A stretch of 64,000 nt of DNA from Candidatus Bathyarchaeota archaeon (GCA_963733055.1 CAVTBR010000001.1:1408001-1472000); one strand, 5' to 3'. Numbered from the stretch's first letter, positions 1 to 11,220 are shown. Numbers and translations are program-made. Notes: generated by a model not told the origin, from the sequence alone.

Positions 1-303
1 GGCGAGATGGGCTTAGCGATTGGGAAAGGCGGAAAGAACATCAACATGCTTCGCAAAATGACCGGAAAGCCAATTGAAGTCGTCGAATTCTCCGACAATG
101 TCGAAGGCCTAATCCGAAACTGCCTATCCCCAGCTAAAGTAAAGGAAGTCCGAATAACCGAACGACCCGACAAGAAGATCGTGGTTGTCGAAGTGGAACC
201 GAAGGACAAGGCGCTAGCGATAGGTAAGAACGGTCGGACGATCGACAAAACCCGCATGCTAGCAAAACGGTACTACCAAATCGACCACGTACAAGTCACT
301 TAA
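1..303 (+). CDS. nusA: Archaeal NusA (KH-domain transcription factor), 5'-truncated by the window edge
   Basis: Two KH GxxG motifs: MGLAIGKGGKNI and ALAIGKNGRTI; the frame is open to base 1. Confidence 0.93.
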   Translation, partial: GEMGLAIGKGGKNINMLRKMTGKPIEVVEFSDNVEGLIRNCLSPAKVKEVRITERPDKKIVVVEVEPKDKALAIGKNGRTIDKTRMLAKRYYQIDHVQVT

Positions 304-416
304 CCAATCAAAGCCGTAGCGCAGGCCTCAGGCGACCGACCAGCGCGCCGATCGCAGAGAGTGATAGAGCGCGTAACGATGGCGTTTGGGAAATTTCCGA
401 ACGAACTGTTAGCTAG

Positions 417-569
417 TTAGTTTTGTCTGCCGATTCGATTGTAGCGGCCGTACCAGGTGACCGTTCCCTTAGTCCAATAAACGGGTGGTTTGGGTTTTGG
501 TTTTGATCGCATTTTCTGCATTTTTCTTCTGACTCCTTTCGCTCCCGCCAGCGCTATTGGCGCACCCAT
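417..569 (-). CDS. Putative small basic protein (50 aa), below the ORF-track cutoff
   Basis: Manual translation MGAPIALAGAKGVRRKMQKMRSKPKPKPPVYWTKGTVTWYGRYNRIGRQN; co-oriented with 613..888. Confidence 0.35.
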   Translation of the reverse strand: MGAPIALAGAKGVRRKMQKMRSKPKPKPPVYWTKGTVTWYGRYNRIGRQN

Positions 570-612
570 ACGGCGAATTGGTGTTATCTGTACTTAAGTG
601 ATGGGTCGGGGT

Positions 613-888
613 TCATTTACGGCGTTTTGGAGGGGGGGTTACCTTAGTTTCCGGAGCCGGGGGGTGTGCAATGATGACCTCGCCGCGGGAAGTGATGGAC
701 GCGACAAATTGCTCTTTTCCGCCTTCTTCCGTAACGAACATCCCTGCCACGCTCCATGTACCATTAGCGTCAGGGCCTTTCGCTTCCTCGTCCATTGTGA
801 TTGAAACTATTTTTCCATGGCGCGACCTCGTACCGACAACGTACTTTCTCGCCATGCTTTTCGCGTCATCCGCGGATGCTATTCTCAA
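613..888 (-). CDS. Hypothetical protein (91 aa)
   Basis: Plausible helix/strand composition with a basic PPPKRRK tail; best ORF in the gap. Confidence 0.6.
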   Translation of the reverse strand: MRIASADDAKSMARKYVVGTRSRHGKIVSITMDEEAKGPDANGTWSVAGMFVTEEGGKEQFVASITSRGEVIIAHPPAPETKVTPPPKRRK

Positions 889-1407
889 TCCACATCAAAT
901 CCAAGGGTGTCGAGGTCGCTTATCTGACTCTACCGGTCGTCTCTCCACTTCGTTTACGTCGGAATAGGTTAGAGGATGGCATAACAAAGGATTCTGCGGT
1001 GCATTGATATTCAAGGCTTATCCTCCGGCTCATTTATTGAGGAAGAAATGTGTTATTCTGCGGCGGTGAGAGTGTTTGAAGAGTAGTTACTGGTATTGGC
1101 GACGTACCGCCGAATCCTCAGCGAAGGAAGTAGCCGACCGCCGCGAACAGGCCAATCGCGATGAAGCCTATAACAATAATCGTAGCAGGAATCGGAGGTA
1201 GTCCGTGGCCCGCCATTCTTTTTCCCGTTCGAACACCTAGCGACAGTTCGGGTTACGGCGGATATGGACATGATCCGCCGGGAACAGGTACATGTCCTGC
1301 AAACGGCCCAGTCTTCTGCCATCGAAGTTTTTGGGTTCAACATTGAACATCTGGCTGTACCTTATTACGGGCTGTGCGGTTACTGATTGTTGAAGGCTAT
1401 TCTTGAG

Positions 1408-1536
1408 ATGCCGCTTCGGAACTGTCAGAATTGTGGTGACCTAATCTTTTCCGAGGGGCCTCATACAGGAAGCTATCTATGTGTCAGATGCCACAGGTTG
1501 GAAACCGCCAAGAAAATGGGTTTCAGGTTTGATTAA
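1408..1536 (+). CDS. Zinc-finger microprotein (42 aa, CxxC...CxxC)
   Basis: Manual translation MPLRNCQNCGDLIFSEGPHTGSYLCVRCHRLETAKKMGFRFD, directly upstream of hflX. Confidence 0.6.
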   Translation: MPLRNCQNCGDLIFSEGPHTGSYLCVRCHRLETAKKMGFRFD

Positions 1537-1559
1537 ATGATGCCTCCCGCTCAAAGCTT

Positions 1560-2663
1560 GTGCCGAACCTGAAAACGCTCCTCATAGAATGCCTCACCCC
1601 CAAAAGTAAACCTCGAACCGACGAAATGAGTGACATCGCGAAAGCGGCTGGATACAACGTCGTCGGGGAAGTAATACAACATCGCGAGGCCGTCGACGGC
1701 GCATATTGCGTTGGTGCAGGAAAACTCGACGAGATCTCCAAGCGCGTCGGAAAAGACTCAATCGAAGCCCTGATTTTTACCCGCCAGCTATCTGCCGGCC
1801 AACTGTTTCGCATTAAAAAGAAAGTCGGCGAGGAAATCCGCGTTCTCGACAGAAACCTACTCATCTTGGAAGTGTTCGAAAAACGCGCTACGACAACAGA
1901 GTCCAAACTCCAGATCGCACTAGCTAAGCTGCGCTACACGTTTTCCTGGGGCAGAGAATCAATCAGGATGCGTGGATTTGCAAGTGAGCAGATGGGGCGG
2001 GGTGGGCCTGGACAATACCCTTACGAAGTCTACGAGGCAATGTCCCGCAAACGCATAAGCAAGATCGAGCGGGAACTCAAAGAGGCAAGGTCGAAACACA
2101 GGAGCCTTCGCGAAGAAAGAGGAAGGGCCGGCTTCCGAACAGTAGCTTTGACGGGCTATACTCAAAGCGGGAAAACCACACTATTCAACAAAATCGCCTC
2201 AGAATCAAAAGAAACGGGAATGGGACCCTTTACGACGCTATCCACGCTCGCCCGAAAGGTCTCGACGGCTTCGAAAGATGTATCGACGAAGTCGTTCATC
2301 CTCATAGACTCCATTGGATTCATCGAGGACCTCAACCCAATTCTACTGAATGCGTTCCACACAACGCTCAACGAACTAGCAAATTCAGACCTAATCCTTC
2401 TTTTCGTAGACGGCAGTGAGGATATCCAAACCTCAAAGCGAAAACTTGAAGCCTCGCATGAGGCCATCGAGAAAGAAATCGCTGGCGTTCCAATTCTAAT
2501 CTGCATCAATAAAATGGATATCGCGCCGCGTGAACATCTGGACAAAGTGAGCGAGGAAACCCGCAAGGTATTCGGCGCGGCGGAAATAGTGGAGATTAGC
2601 TCCAAGACTGGGGAAAATGTGCCTAATCTGCTGTGGAAGATTGCGGAAAGACTCAGCGCGTAA
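1560..2663 (+). CDS. hflX: HflX-family GTPase (paralog 1)
   Basis: VLDRNLLILEVFEKRATT..KLQIALA, GPG glycine-rich segment, G1 GYTQSGKTT, G3 DSIG, G4 NKMD. Confidence 0.9.
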   Translation: MPNLKTLLIECLTPKSKPRTDEMSDIAKAAGYNVVGEVIQHREAVDGAYCVGAGKLDEISKRVGKDSIEALIFTRQLSAGQLFRIKKKVGEEIRVLDRNLLILEVFEKRATTTESKLQIALAKLRYTFSWGRESIRMRGFASEQMGRGGPGQYPYEVYEAMSRKRISKIERELKEARSKHRSLREERGRAGFRTVALTGYTQSGKTTLFNKIASESKETGMGPFTTLSTLARKVSTASKDVSTKSFILIDSIGFIEDLNPILLNAFHTTLNELANSDLILLFVDGSEDIQTSKRKLEASHEAIEKEIAGVPILICINKMDIAPREHLDKVSEETRKVFGAAEIVEISSKTGENVPNLLWKIAERLSA

Positions 2664-2680
2664 TTTTTAGACGGAATTTC

Positions 2681-3061
2681 TTAGTGTTGTTGAAGTGGTA
2701 ATTCGAAGTAGTGCCGTTTTCCTTTGTTGTCCTCTTCGTAATCGTACTTCTTCATTGTTCGGCGATCAATGTAGAGGCCGGAGCCGAGGTGGTCTATTTG
2801 CATACCTTTGATCCGGGCCGTAAGTGAATCCATTATGTCCACGTAATTCCTGCCCTCAGTCGGTTTCCACTCAAGAACAGCCGTCGGCTCGCTCATTGTA
2901 ACAATTTTAACAAAAGCGCGAGGAGAACGGATTTCGGTATGACCCCCGATACATGCAAATGTCTTCGAGTCTAGGAATTCGCGAAACTTCTCGTAGTTTC
3001 CCGTGAAATCAAATTCGGTTCCGCACTTTTGACAGGTACACAGAAAAACGCGCATTGACAT
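2681..3061 (-). CDS. Hypothetical protein with N-terminal Zn ribbon
   Basis: MSMRVFLCTCQKCG...FACIGGH; start moved to the ATG at 3061 to avoid overlap with the ALDH gene. Confidence 0.7.
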   Translation of the reverse strand: MSMRVFLCTCQKCGTEFDFTGNYEKFREFLDSKTFACIGGHTEIRSPRAFVKIVTMSEPTAVLEWKPTEGRNYVDIMDSLTARIKGMQIDHLGSGLYIDRRTMKKYDYEEDNKGKRHYFELPLQQH

Positions 3062-3162
3062 AGGATACAATAGACATCGCCGCTTATAGAGCATGCCTAG
3101 TGTTTCGATGGTGGGACGCGCTCGTAACGTTGCTGGAGGTCTCACATGGGTAATGGCGTGTA

Positions 3163-4713
3163 TTATTCGCCGAATTTGACGCCTTGGGCGTGGGGAAGCT
3201 TGTCGCTCCAATTGATTGTGGTTGTTTGGCGGCGCATGTATTGTTTCCACGCATCAGATCCAGACTCTCGACCCCCACCCGTATCCTTCTCCCCTCCAAA
3301 AGCGCCGCCTATCTCGGCACCTGAGGTGCCAATGTTAACATTGGCTATGCCGCAGTCACTTCCGATGGCTGAAAGAAACTTCTCCGCCTTCGATACGGAC
3401 TCGGTGAATATTGCGGAGGAGAGTCCTTGTGGAACTTCGTTGTGCAGTTGGATGGCGTCGTCGATTGTGTCGTAGGGCATCACGTACAAAATCGGCGCGA
3501 ATGTTTCTTCACACACCAACGCAGTATTCCCTGGAACTCTCACAATTGCGGGCGTTACGTAGAACCCGGCCCTATCGAGTTTCTTCCCACCAACCACAAT
3601 TTTGCCGCCCTGCTTCGGAAGCGCCTCAAGCACATTCATCATCGCCTTCACCGCTTCCTCCTCAACCAAGGGTCCCATCAACGTTTCAGGTTGAAGCGGG
3701 TCGCCAATGCGCACTTGCTCGTAGGCCTTCACAAGCCGCGTGGTTAGTTCTTCAATGATTTTCTTTTGAGCGATAATCCTTCTTGTCGTCGTGCAACGCT
3801 GGCCTGCGGTGCCTACTGCGCCGAACAGGATTGCTCTAATGGCCAATTCGAGGTTGGCGTCTTCGGCGACGATTATTCCGTTATTTCCTCCAAGCTCCAG
3901 GATGGTTCGTCCCAGCTTCTTCGCGGCTGCTTCGGCAACCCTCAGGCCCATCGTGGTTGAGCCGGTCGAGGAGATTAGTGGGATTCTCTTGTCGTTGATC
4001 ATGCGTTCGCCGATCGTCGACCCTTTCCCTATCACGATCGTGAATATCCCGGTTAGATCGTGGCGCTTCATGATTCGGTTGACTAGGTGCTGGACTGCTA
4101 TGGCGCAGAGGGGTGTTTTGGAGGAGGGTTTCCATACCATCGTGTCCCCGCAGACGGCGGCGATCATAGAGTTCCAAGACCAGACCGCGACGGGGAAGTT
4201 GAACGCCGTAATTACTCCAACCACGCCGAGTGGATGCCATTGCTCATACATCCTGTGCATCGGGCGCTCTGATTGCATCGTCAGCCCATACAGCTGACGG
4301 GACAGGCCGACCGCGAAGTCGGCTATATCAACGGCCTCCTGCACCTCACCCACTCCTTCGGCAACGATCTTTCCCATCTCTAAAGTAACCAGCTTTCCGA
4401 GCGGTTCCTTGAACTTCCTCAGCTCGTCACCAATCTCGCGAACAATTTGGCCACGAACGGGCGCCGGGGTCATGCGCCAGTTCAGAAAACTTTCCTGGGC
4501 GACTTTGACGACATGTTCGTAATCACTTTCGGACGCGAGTGCGACTCTCGCTATCACTGAACCGTCGATCGGGGTTAGAACGGGTAGAAGTTCACGGCCT
4601 TCGACGCTGCTCCAGTCGTCTGGACCAGTGCATGCGCCAGAGTTTGTGTCTTGGATGCCTAACTGTCGCAGAAACGGGAACCTATCTTGGTTTGAGACTA
4701 GAGCCGTCTTCAT
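3163..4713 (-). CDS. Aldehyde dehydrogenase, ALDH7 (piperideine-6-carboxylate/aminoadipate-semialdehyde DH) type
   Basis: ITAFNFPVAVW, LELGGNN, GTAGQRCTT, EETFAPILY, AEIGGAFGGEK.TGGGRESGSDAWKQYMRR. Confidence 0.93.
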   Translation of the reverse strand: MKTALVSNQDRFPFLRQLGIQDTNSGACTGPDDWSSVEGRELLPVLTPIDGSVIARVALASESDYEHVVKVAQESFLNWRMTPAPVRGQIVREIGDELRKFKEPLGKLVTLEMGKIVAEGVGEVQEAVDIADFAVGLSRQLYGLTMQSERPMHRMYEQWHPLGVVGVITAFNFPVAVWSWNSMIAAVCGDTMVWKPSSKTPLCAIAVQHLVNRIMKRHDLTGIFTIVIGKGSTIGERMINDKRIPLISSTGSTTMGLRVAEAAAKKLGRTILELGGNNGIIVAEDANLELAIRAILFGAVGTAGQRCTTTRRIIAQKKIIEELTTRLVKAYEQVRIGDPLQPETLMGPLVEEEAVKAMMNVLEALPKQGGKIVVGGKKLDRAGFYVTPAIVRVPGNTALVCEETFAPILYVMPYDTIDDAIQLHNEVPQGLSSAIFTESVSKAEKFLSAIGSDCGIANVNIGTSGAEIGGAFGGEKDTGGGRESGSDAWKQYMRRQTTTINWSDKLPHAQGVKFGE

Positions 4714-4826
4714 GATCAGCCAGACTCCTGTACCGGGACATTGCGCCCGGCTTTATCCTTGCCTCCCAGTTACACCGCCGAGTAAGCTGGTCGCTGACAC
4801 GTGCGGTTATGTTTTCTTCTCATGCC

Positions 4827-5105
4827 CTATTCAGGGGGGACTTCGATGTCGCTTTCCTTACCCCCGGTTCCACCACATGCCTCACACACCAATCTGCCTC
4901 CACCGAAGCATTCGTTGCACTTTATGGAAACGACGCCGCTACCGTTGCAAATATCGCACTCAACCACACCCTTCTCGGTAGTCAGCTTTCCCGTGCCTTT
5001 ACATTCGTCACATTTAGTGGGGACGGAACCGGTGCCCTTGCATTTTCCGCAACTAACTTCGCCCGTACCATTACATGTCGTGCATACCAAAATGGAAAAC
5101 CTCAT
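4827..5105 (-). CDS. Stand-alone DnaJ-type zinc-finger protein
   Basis: Six CxxCxGxG repeats and no J-domain. Confidence 0.8.
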   Translation of the reverse strand: MRFSILVCTTCNGTGEVSCGKCKGTGSVPTKCDECKGTGKLTTEKGVVECDICNGSGVVSIKCNECFGGGRLVCEACGGTGGKESDIEVPPE

Positions 5106-5348
5106 TCTGACTTAAACGGTCAGTAGGCTTACAGGAGCTAAGCAGTCAATGCTTTTGAATCTTACGCCGATCTACCGTATAGAGTTCAGCGGCGGATAGA
5201 GGATAGCTTCCAGCACAGCAATATGCGAACGCCGCGCCGGAGTTTCTAATCACTAATCTTGTATCTCAATTTTGTCGACGCTTAACCGTACCGAGGAGCC
5301 GTAGCTTTAGGGGTAAACACGAGGGTTAGACGAGACGAATCATGCCTG

Positions 5349-5645
5349 CTACCCGCCGGCGACGGCCGCTATGACGAGGAATGGTTCCTCGCCGTTTTGG
5401 ACGGCCTTCGGTAGGGGTGCCTCAGGCGCCTCGTTTGACAGGTCCTCTTGGCAAGCGTAGAACCGCAAGAAATCTCGGCGTTTTTGTGTTGCGTAGTCGC
5501 GGATCGTTCCGCGGAGCGTGGGATAGTTGGCCTCGAGGGCATCAATTACTGAGCGTTGGGTAGCTTGGCCTTTGGTCTCGATATTTACCTCGCCTTCGAT
5601 GTGTGCCAGTACCCGGAGGTGTGGGGGAAGGAGAACTCTGATCAT
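5349..5645 (-). CDS. MoaD/ThiS-family ubiquitin-like protein
   Basis: [11 protein letters not shown]...[10 protein letters not shown]...RFYAC, C-terminal AVAGG; start overlaps the upstream stop (ATGA). Confidence 0.85.
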   Translation of the reverse strand: MIRVLLPPHLRVLAHIEGEVNIETKGQATQRSVIDALEANYPTLRGTIRDYATQKRRDFLRFYACQEDLSNEAPEAPLPKAVQNGEEPFLVIAAVAGG

Positions 5646-6829
5646 GGAATTGTTTGTGCCTCGACGGAGACTACGGGTGGTAGGTCGCGGACGATTGGGT
5701 TCCAACTATCCCCGTCATCTGTGGAGCTGTAAACTTGGCCTCCGGTGGTCCCAAAATACACACCGCAAGGGTCGAGGGTGTCGACGGACATCGCGTCCCG
5801 TAGTATGTCAACGTAGCAGTCGCGTTGCGGGAGGCCTTTAGTGAGTGCTTCCCATTCGTTTCCTCCTTTTCGACTGCGGTAGACTCGGAGTTTCCCCTCG
5901 GGCGGGTAATGCTCCCCATCGCTCTTGATGGGGACGACGTAGATCGTCTCCGGATCATGCGCGTTAACTGCGATCGGAAATCCAAAATCGCTTGGCAAGT
6001 TGCCGCTCACTTCCTGCCAGGATTCGCCTGCATCAATGCTCCGCATCACATCCCAATGCTTCTGCATGTAGAGTACATTGGGTCGTGAGGGGTGTATGGC
6101 AATTTTATGCACACAATGGCCTACCTCCGCGTCCGGCTTGGGAATGGTTTTCGAGATTAAGCCGCGGTTGATAGGTTTCCATGATGCTCCCGCGTCATCG
6201 CTCCGAAATGCTCCGGCGGCAGAGATTGCTGTGTATATTCTTCTCGGGTTTGTAGGGTCTAGAATGATTGTGTGCAAACACATGCCGCCGGCACCTGGTG
6301 CCCATTGGGAACCGGAGGGGTGGCCTCGGAGGCCGGGGAGTTCATGCCATGTCTTTCCCCCGTCCATTGTCCGGAAGAGCGCGGCATCCTCAACTCCAGC
6401 ATAGACCGTGTCCGGATCGGTCAGCGACGGTTCGAGATGCCAGACGCGCTTGAATTCCCACGGGTGCTGTGTGCCATCGTACCATTGGTGTGTCGTGAGT
6501 GGTTTTCCGGTGGTTGGGGAAGTGTCATACGTGAACTTGTTGCTTTCCGTAAGTGGAAACCCCTGCTCGTTCTTGGTTGGTTCCCCAGGCTTCAACCCTG
6601 GTTGATGCCAAGTTTCCCCTCCGTCATCGGATCGCTGGATGATTTGACCAAAGAAACCGCTACTCTGGGACGCGTAGATGCGGTTCGGGTCGGCGGGGGA
6701 TCCTTTCATGTGGTAGATCTCCCAACCGCCAAACTGCGGGCCTTTCACGTCCCACCGTTCACGTTTCTCGTCTGATGTCAGGATGAAGGCGCCTTTTCGG
6801 GTACCGGCCAGAACTCTTACGCGACTCAA
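5642..6829 (-). CDS. BNR/Asp-box beta-propeller (sialidase-like/WD40-YVTN) protein
   Basis: Repeated SxDGGxTW Asp-boxes; GTRKGAF N-terminus; PSDFGFPI. Confidence 0.88.
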   Translation of the reverse strand: MSRVRVLAGTRKGAFILTSDEKRERWDVKGPQFGGWEIYHMKGSPADPNRIYASQSSGFFGQIIQRSDDGGETWHQPGLKPGEPTKNEQGFPLTESNKFTYDTSPTTGKPLTTHQWYDGTQHPWEFKRVWHLEPSLTDPDTVYAGVEDAALFRTMDGGKTWHELPGLRGHPSGSQWAPGAGGMCLHTIILDPTNPRRIYTAISAAGAFRSDDAGASWKPINRGLISKTIPKPDAEVGHCVHKIAIHPSRPNVLYMQKHWDVMRSIDAGESWQEVSGNLPSDFGFPIAVNAHDPETIYVVPIKSDGEHYPPEGKLRVYRSRKGGNEWEALTKGLPQRDCYVDILRDAMSVDTLDPCGVYFGTTGGQVYSSTDDGDSWNPIVRDLPPVVSVEAQTIP

Positions 6830-7314
6830 CTGAAATCACACCTGCGAGCTTCAACCCCAAATGTTTTGCAGGGCTCGTAAATAAAGTCAAAGGGTTCCCT
6901 TAATAGGAAATGTTTTGGCCCCTACTTCAGCTACCACCGGATTCGGCGTTCCTTCTTCGCAACGACGAGGACCACTTGATTTCGTAGGGTGCTCGTTTCA
7001 CGTCAGTTGCAAGGCAATTGCCATGTAAGTTGCAAATTAGTACGATTCGCGTGGGCGAGAATCAGTTCTTTCTTGTCTACGACCAAGGGACCGTAAAGGA
7101 GGAAGGCCCTTTTTGTACTCACGGAGAGCCCGTCATGTGCTTACTCGAAGATGGAATCGATGGTGTGTGGCTGTTTTGTGTTAGCGTGGTCCGCCCGGGC
7201 TAAGCGCGGGTGAGTGCAAGCGTGTGCTAGGAGCACGGGACATTGCGTTAACAGTTTACAGGAACCCTTGGTTACGGGTTGGTCCGTCATTTGCAATGTG
7301 GGTGTCCTCGCGGA

Positions 7315-7836
7315 ATGAAGAGGAACACGGTTACGTGGTTAAGCCTGTTTTCATGTTTCGTTGCAGTCTGCTTCCTGTTGAATCCCGCCCTCTCGAGTGA
7401 GTCCGTCGCGTTGCCTGTAGTTATGAATGATCAGGGTTTTGTGATCACAATCACGGACTACTATGTCAGCTCCGCGAATACGATTGTTATGGTTGGGACC
7501 GTGATGTCGCCGCAGGCGATGGTATTGAAGTCGTTAACTGGCTTAGCGTTCATTAACGGGATGGCCGTGGGTCGGGGCACATTAGACGAATCTCCGCTGC
7601 AACTGATGCCTGGAGTGCCCACTCCCGTGTCGGCAACGGTTACAACCAATTTCAACATCTACTATGCGCTTTGGTTCGGGCAAATTAGGGTAGGAGATGG
7701 TAGAATAGTTCCGTTCCGTTATGAATCCACGCCGATCACCGTCATACTCACCGGTCAACTGTGCGCTCTGCCGGCCGGTGACAATTGTTTCCCTTGGCCT
7801 GACTTCAACCAGACAAGCACACTGCAGCTACTCTGA
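7315..7836 (+). CDS. Hypothetical secreted protein
   Basis: MKRN plus a hydrophobic signal-like segment followed by a beta-rich body. Confidence 0.6.
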   Translation: MKRNTVTWLSLFSCFVAVCFLLNPALSSESVALPVVMNDQGFVITITDYYVSSANTIVMVGTVMSPQAMVLKSLTGLAFINGMAVGRGTLDESPLQLMPGVPTPVSATVTTNFNIYYALWFGQIRVGDGRIVPFRYESTPITVILTGQLCALPAGDNCFPWPDFNQTSTLQLL

Positions 7837-7838
7837 AG

Positions 7839-8328
7839 TCAAGAAGGTTGGTGCTGAAATACTTCCGCGAATTCACCGCTGGTTAACTCTTTCAATTCTT
7901 TCGGGTTGATTCCGAAGACAGTGTTGGGCGTTCCGGCCGCCAGCGTACACCACCTCGAAACGCATGAGGCTAGGGTCCAAAATCGTTCTCAATTGACTGT
8001 GGTGAGCTACTGGTGGGACGCCGCCTACGGGGAAACCTGTCACCTGTTTCACCGTCTTCGCGTCTGCAATCTGCATCTCCCTCTTTCCCACGTGCTTGGC
8101 TAGCTTTTCCGTGTCGACTCGGTTCGGTCCGCTCGCGATGACCAAGATCGGTTGTTTGTCATCTGCGATGAAGACGAGTGATTTGGCGATTTGTGCGACC
8201 TCGCATCCGATCGCCGCAGCAGCCAACTCGGAGGTTCGGGTAGACTCATCGAACGTGACTATCTCGACCTCAACGCCACGGGAACTCATGAACTCCTTAA
8301 CACGCAAAGTATTATCGTTCATTGCCAT
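7839..8328 (-). CDS. YbaK/EbsC (aminoacyl-tRNA editing) family protein, with an apparent +1 frameshift near 7935
   Basis: QIAKSLVF, TGFPVGGVPP; the alternative frame restores AAGTPNTVFGINPKEL. Confidence 0.88.
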
Positions 8329-8418
8329 TCTCGCACCTTCTCCTATGCGACTATTCCTCTGCGCGTCCCGATACGCACGCTCAACAGAGAACTCTTCTGT
8401 TTGTAGAAAAATATGAGT

Positions 8419-8439
8419 GGGCCTGACTCGAGCCAGGCC
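8419..8439 (-). terminator. Inverted repeat downstream of sod (possible terminator or stabilising hairpin)
   Basis: GGCCTGACTC/GAGCCAGGCC near-palindrome about 30 nt after the sod stop. Confidence 0.3.
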
Positions 8440-8470
8440 TCTCGTTTGAGGTAATTCCCTAAACGGGTCT

Positions 8471-9079
8471 CTAGTGCTTTACTTTGGAGAAGCGCTGGTC
8501 AACATCAGACCAATTCACGACGTCCCACCACTTGTCGACGTAAGCGCCTCTGTCGTTTTTGTACTGGAGATAGTACGCATGTTCCCAGACGTCAATTCCT
8601 AGGAGGATTGGGAGTTGGGCGAGGTGCATGAAGTTCTGTTTCTCGATCTGAGTGAGGACGAGTTGGTCGGTGGTGTTGTCGTAGAGAAGTAAGGCCCAGC
8701 CTGAGCCTTCTACCGCTTTGGCCGCGTCGCCGAATTGTTGTTTGAATTTGTCGAAGCCGCCGAAGTCTGTTTTGATCTTGTCGCCGACCGCGCCGCCTGG
8801 TGTCCCTCCGCCTTTGCCTGGTGAGGCCATGTTGGGCCAGAAGATGCTGTGAAGGATGTGGCCTCCAAAGTGGAAGCTGTAATCCCTCAGGACTGCCTTG
8901 ATGTCAATCTGGGCTTCGCCTTTGCGGGCCTTGTCGAGTTTGTCCAGTGCGGCGTTCGCACCGTTGACGTAAGCTGCATGGTGCTTGTCATGATGAAGCG
9001 TCATTATTTCCTGTGAAATCACTGGTTCGAGCGCATTGGGTTTGTAGGGTAATTCCGGAAGAGTGTATTTATTTGGCAT
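8471..9079 (-). CDS. sod: Fe/Mn superoxide dismutase
   Basis: LHHDKHHAAYV, GGHILHSIFW, DVWEHAYYLQY. Confidence 0.96.
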   Translation of the reverse strand: MPNKYTLPELPYKPNALEPVISQEIMTLHHDKHHAAYVNGANAALDKLDKARKGEAQIDIKAVLRDYSFHFGGHILHSIFWPNMASPGKGGGTPGGAVGDKIKTDFGGFDKFKQQFGDAAKAVEGSGWALLLYDNTTDQLVLTQIEKQNFMHLAQLPILLGIDVWEHAYYLQYKNDRGAYVDKWWDVVNWSDVDQRFSKVKH

Positions 9080-9161
9080 AAACCCAGCCAGTCTGCGGCA
9101 AGAAACATAAACCTTTCACCGAACAGGAATAGGCTTGCCCGATGCGTTAGCCGTTCGTAGT

Positions 9162-9569
9162 TTAGACGAGCTGCTTGACTTCTTCTGTGATAGCCTGTCC
9201 GAGGTGTCCGTATACCGCCAGTTTTAGGACTTTCAAGCCAAGTAGGGCGCATTTTATTCGTGTCGGGCCGGGGTCGATGCCTAGAAATTCCAGAACATTT
9301 GGCTTACCCATCGCCTTGACTTCGTCCAGCGTCTTTCCCTTGACAACTTCGGTAAGCATCGAGGCTGAGGCTTGGCTGATCGCGCACCCCTTCCCCTTGA
9401 AACGTATGTCATCAATCTTGTTATCCTTGATCTTCAGCTGCATTTCAATTATGTCGCCGCAGAGTGGGTTCGAGTCCTTAGCCCGCACGTCGGGTTCGGG
9501 TAGGTCGCCGAAGTTGCGCGGGTTCCTGTAGTAGTCTAGGATAATGTCCTTGTAGATGTCAGAACTCAT
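9162..9569 (-). CDS. sufU: SufU/IscU-type Fe-S scaffold or sulfur-transfer protein
   Basis: NPLCGD, GCAISQASAS, RIKCALL. Confidence 0.92.
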   Translation of the reverse strand: MSSDIYKDIILDYYRNPRNFGDLPEPDVRAKDSNPLCGDIIEMQLKIKDNKIDDIRFKGKGCAISQASASMLTEVVKGKTLDEVKAMGKPNVLEFLGIDPGPTRIKCALLGLKVLKLAVYGHLGQAITEEVKQLV

Positions 9570-10814
9570 CGCGCAAATAGCTTCCTAGCTTTCTCCAAAG
9601 CGTCAATGAACACGTCAACCTCTTCCTTCATATTGTAGATATAGAAACTTGCCCTTGAAGTGGCGGGTAGTTCCAGGAATTCCATTAGGGGTTGCGCGCA
9701 GTGGTGGCCGGACCTGATGGCTACGCCCTCCTCATCGAGGATTGAAGCCAGATCGTGGGGGTGTATGTCTCCTAAATTGAATGAGACTACTCCCACCCTG
9801 CGTTCAACATCCATGGGCCCGTAAATCGTTAGGCCTTCGACCCGCTTCATTCGTTCAAGTGCGTAGCTAGTGATCTCCTTTTCGTAGTCGTGGACATTTC
9901 GCATTCCGATTCCGCAGAAGGTAGTCGACCGCGGCCCCTAGTCCGATGGCCCCTGAGACGTTCGGCGTCCCCGCTTCATACTTGTAGGGCAGGTCCTTCC
10001 ATAATGCGCCGGTCGTATGCACCTCTCGTATCATCTCGCCCCCACCAAGAAATGGGGGCATCTTCTCAAGTTGCTCACTCTTTCCGTAAAGAACTCCAAT
10101 CCCCGTAGGCCCGAGCATCTTATGGCCCGAAAACGCTGCGAAGTCACAGTCGATCTCTCTCACGTCAACGGTCATGTGGGGTACCGATTGGGCGGCATCG
10201 ATCAAGAACATAGCACCGTAGCGGTGAGCTACGCGCCCAATGTCCTTGACCGGGTTTATTGTCCCAAGCACGTTCGACGCATGCGTCACGCAGACGAGCT
10301 TCGTCTTCTCATCAATCAGTTCTTGAACTTCATCCTCGCGAAGTTCGCCGTTTTCATCGATCTTCACGAACTCAATCTTAGCATCCTTCTCCTCCGCCAG
10401 CAACTGCCATGGAACGATGTTGCTGTGATGTTCCATTATGGTTAGAACGATCTTATCCCCACTCCGAATATTTGCTCGACCCCAGGAATAGGCTACGAGG
10501 TTTATCGCTTCGGTCGCATTTCGCGTGAATATGATCTCCTGGGTTCCCTTGGCGTTGACAAACTTAGCAACCTTCTCCCTCGCCTCCTCATGAGCAAGCG
10601 TTGCCTCTTCCGCTAGTTTGTGGATACCGCGGTGAATGTTCGCATTGTACTCCCGATAATACCTGACAATCGCATCAATCACAACTTGCGGTTTCTGCGA
10701 AGTGGCCGCATTATCAAAATACACAAGCGGCTTATCGTTAACCTGCCGTTTCAGTACTGGGAAATCCTCACGGATTCTTGCGGCATTGATAGTCGCGAGT
10801 TTTTCGACCAACAT
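9566..10814 (-). CDS. sufS: Cysteine desulfurase SufS, split by an apparent +1 frameshift near 9915
   Basis: YFDNAATSQKP, FSGHKMLGPTGIG, EAGTPN and, in the second frame, IRSGHHCAQP. Confidence 0.93.
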
Positions 10815-10892
10815 TCAGGCCTGCGGATTTGCGGTGGAGAGATTATTCGGCTTCGATCTGATATAAGCTCATCAACCGGTACCCAGCATGGA

Positions 10893-11201
10893 TTAAACTT
10901 GAACGTATACGCTTGTCCCTTCCACCTTCAACCCATACGTCTTTAGAGGCACGGTGGCCGGTGCGTTTTGCACCTCTCCCGTTGTTACATCAAAGCGCGA
11001 GAGATGGAGGGGACAGGTTACCACGGAGCCGATTAGGAAACCGGTGGAGAGGTCCGCTGTCTCATGTGTACATACTCTGTCAGTGGCGAATAATTTCCCA
11101 TCCACATTAACGATCATAATCTTCTTGTCGCCCAGATCCACGGCATGCATTGACCCTGGCGGTACGTCGGAAAGTTCACATGCCTTCACATAGCCATTCA
11201 A
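10893..11201 (-). CDS. Rieske [2Fe-2S] ferredoxin
   Basis: CTH...CPLH motifs; adjacent to sufS. Confidence 0.92.
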   Translation of the reverse strand: MNGYVKACELSDVPPGSMHAVDLGDKKIMIVNVDGKLFATDRVCTHETADLSTGFLIGSVVTCPLHLSRFDVTTGEVQNAPATVPLKTYGLKVEGTSVYVQV

Positions 11202-11220
11202 ACTAGACAGCCCGCTCTAG

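Noticed and set aside
1118-1216. 32-aa single-TM peptide MAGHGLPPIPATIIVIGFIAIGLFAAVGYFLR on the minus strand
   Set aside because: Plausible, but too short to support without conservation data.
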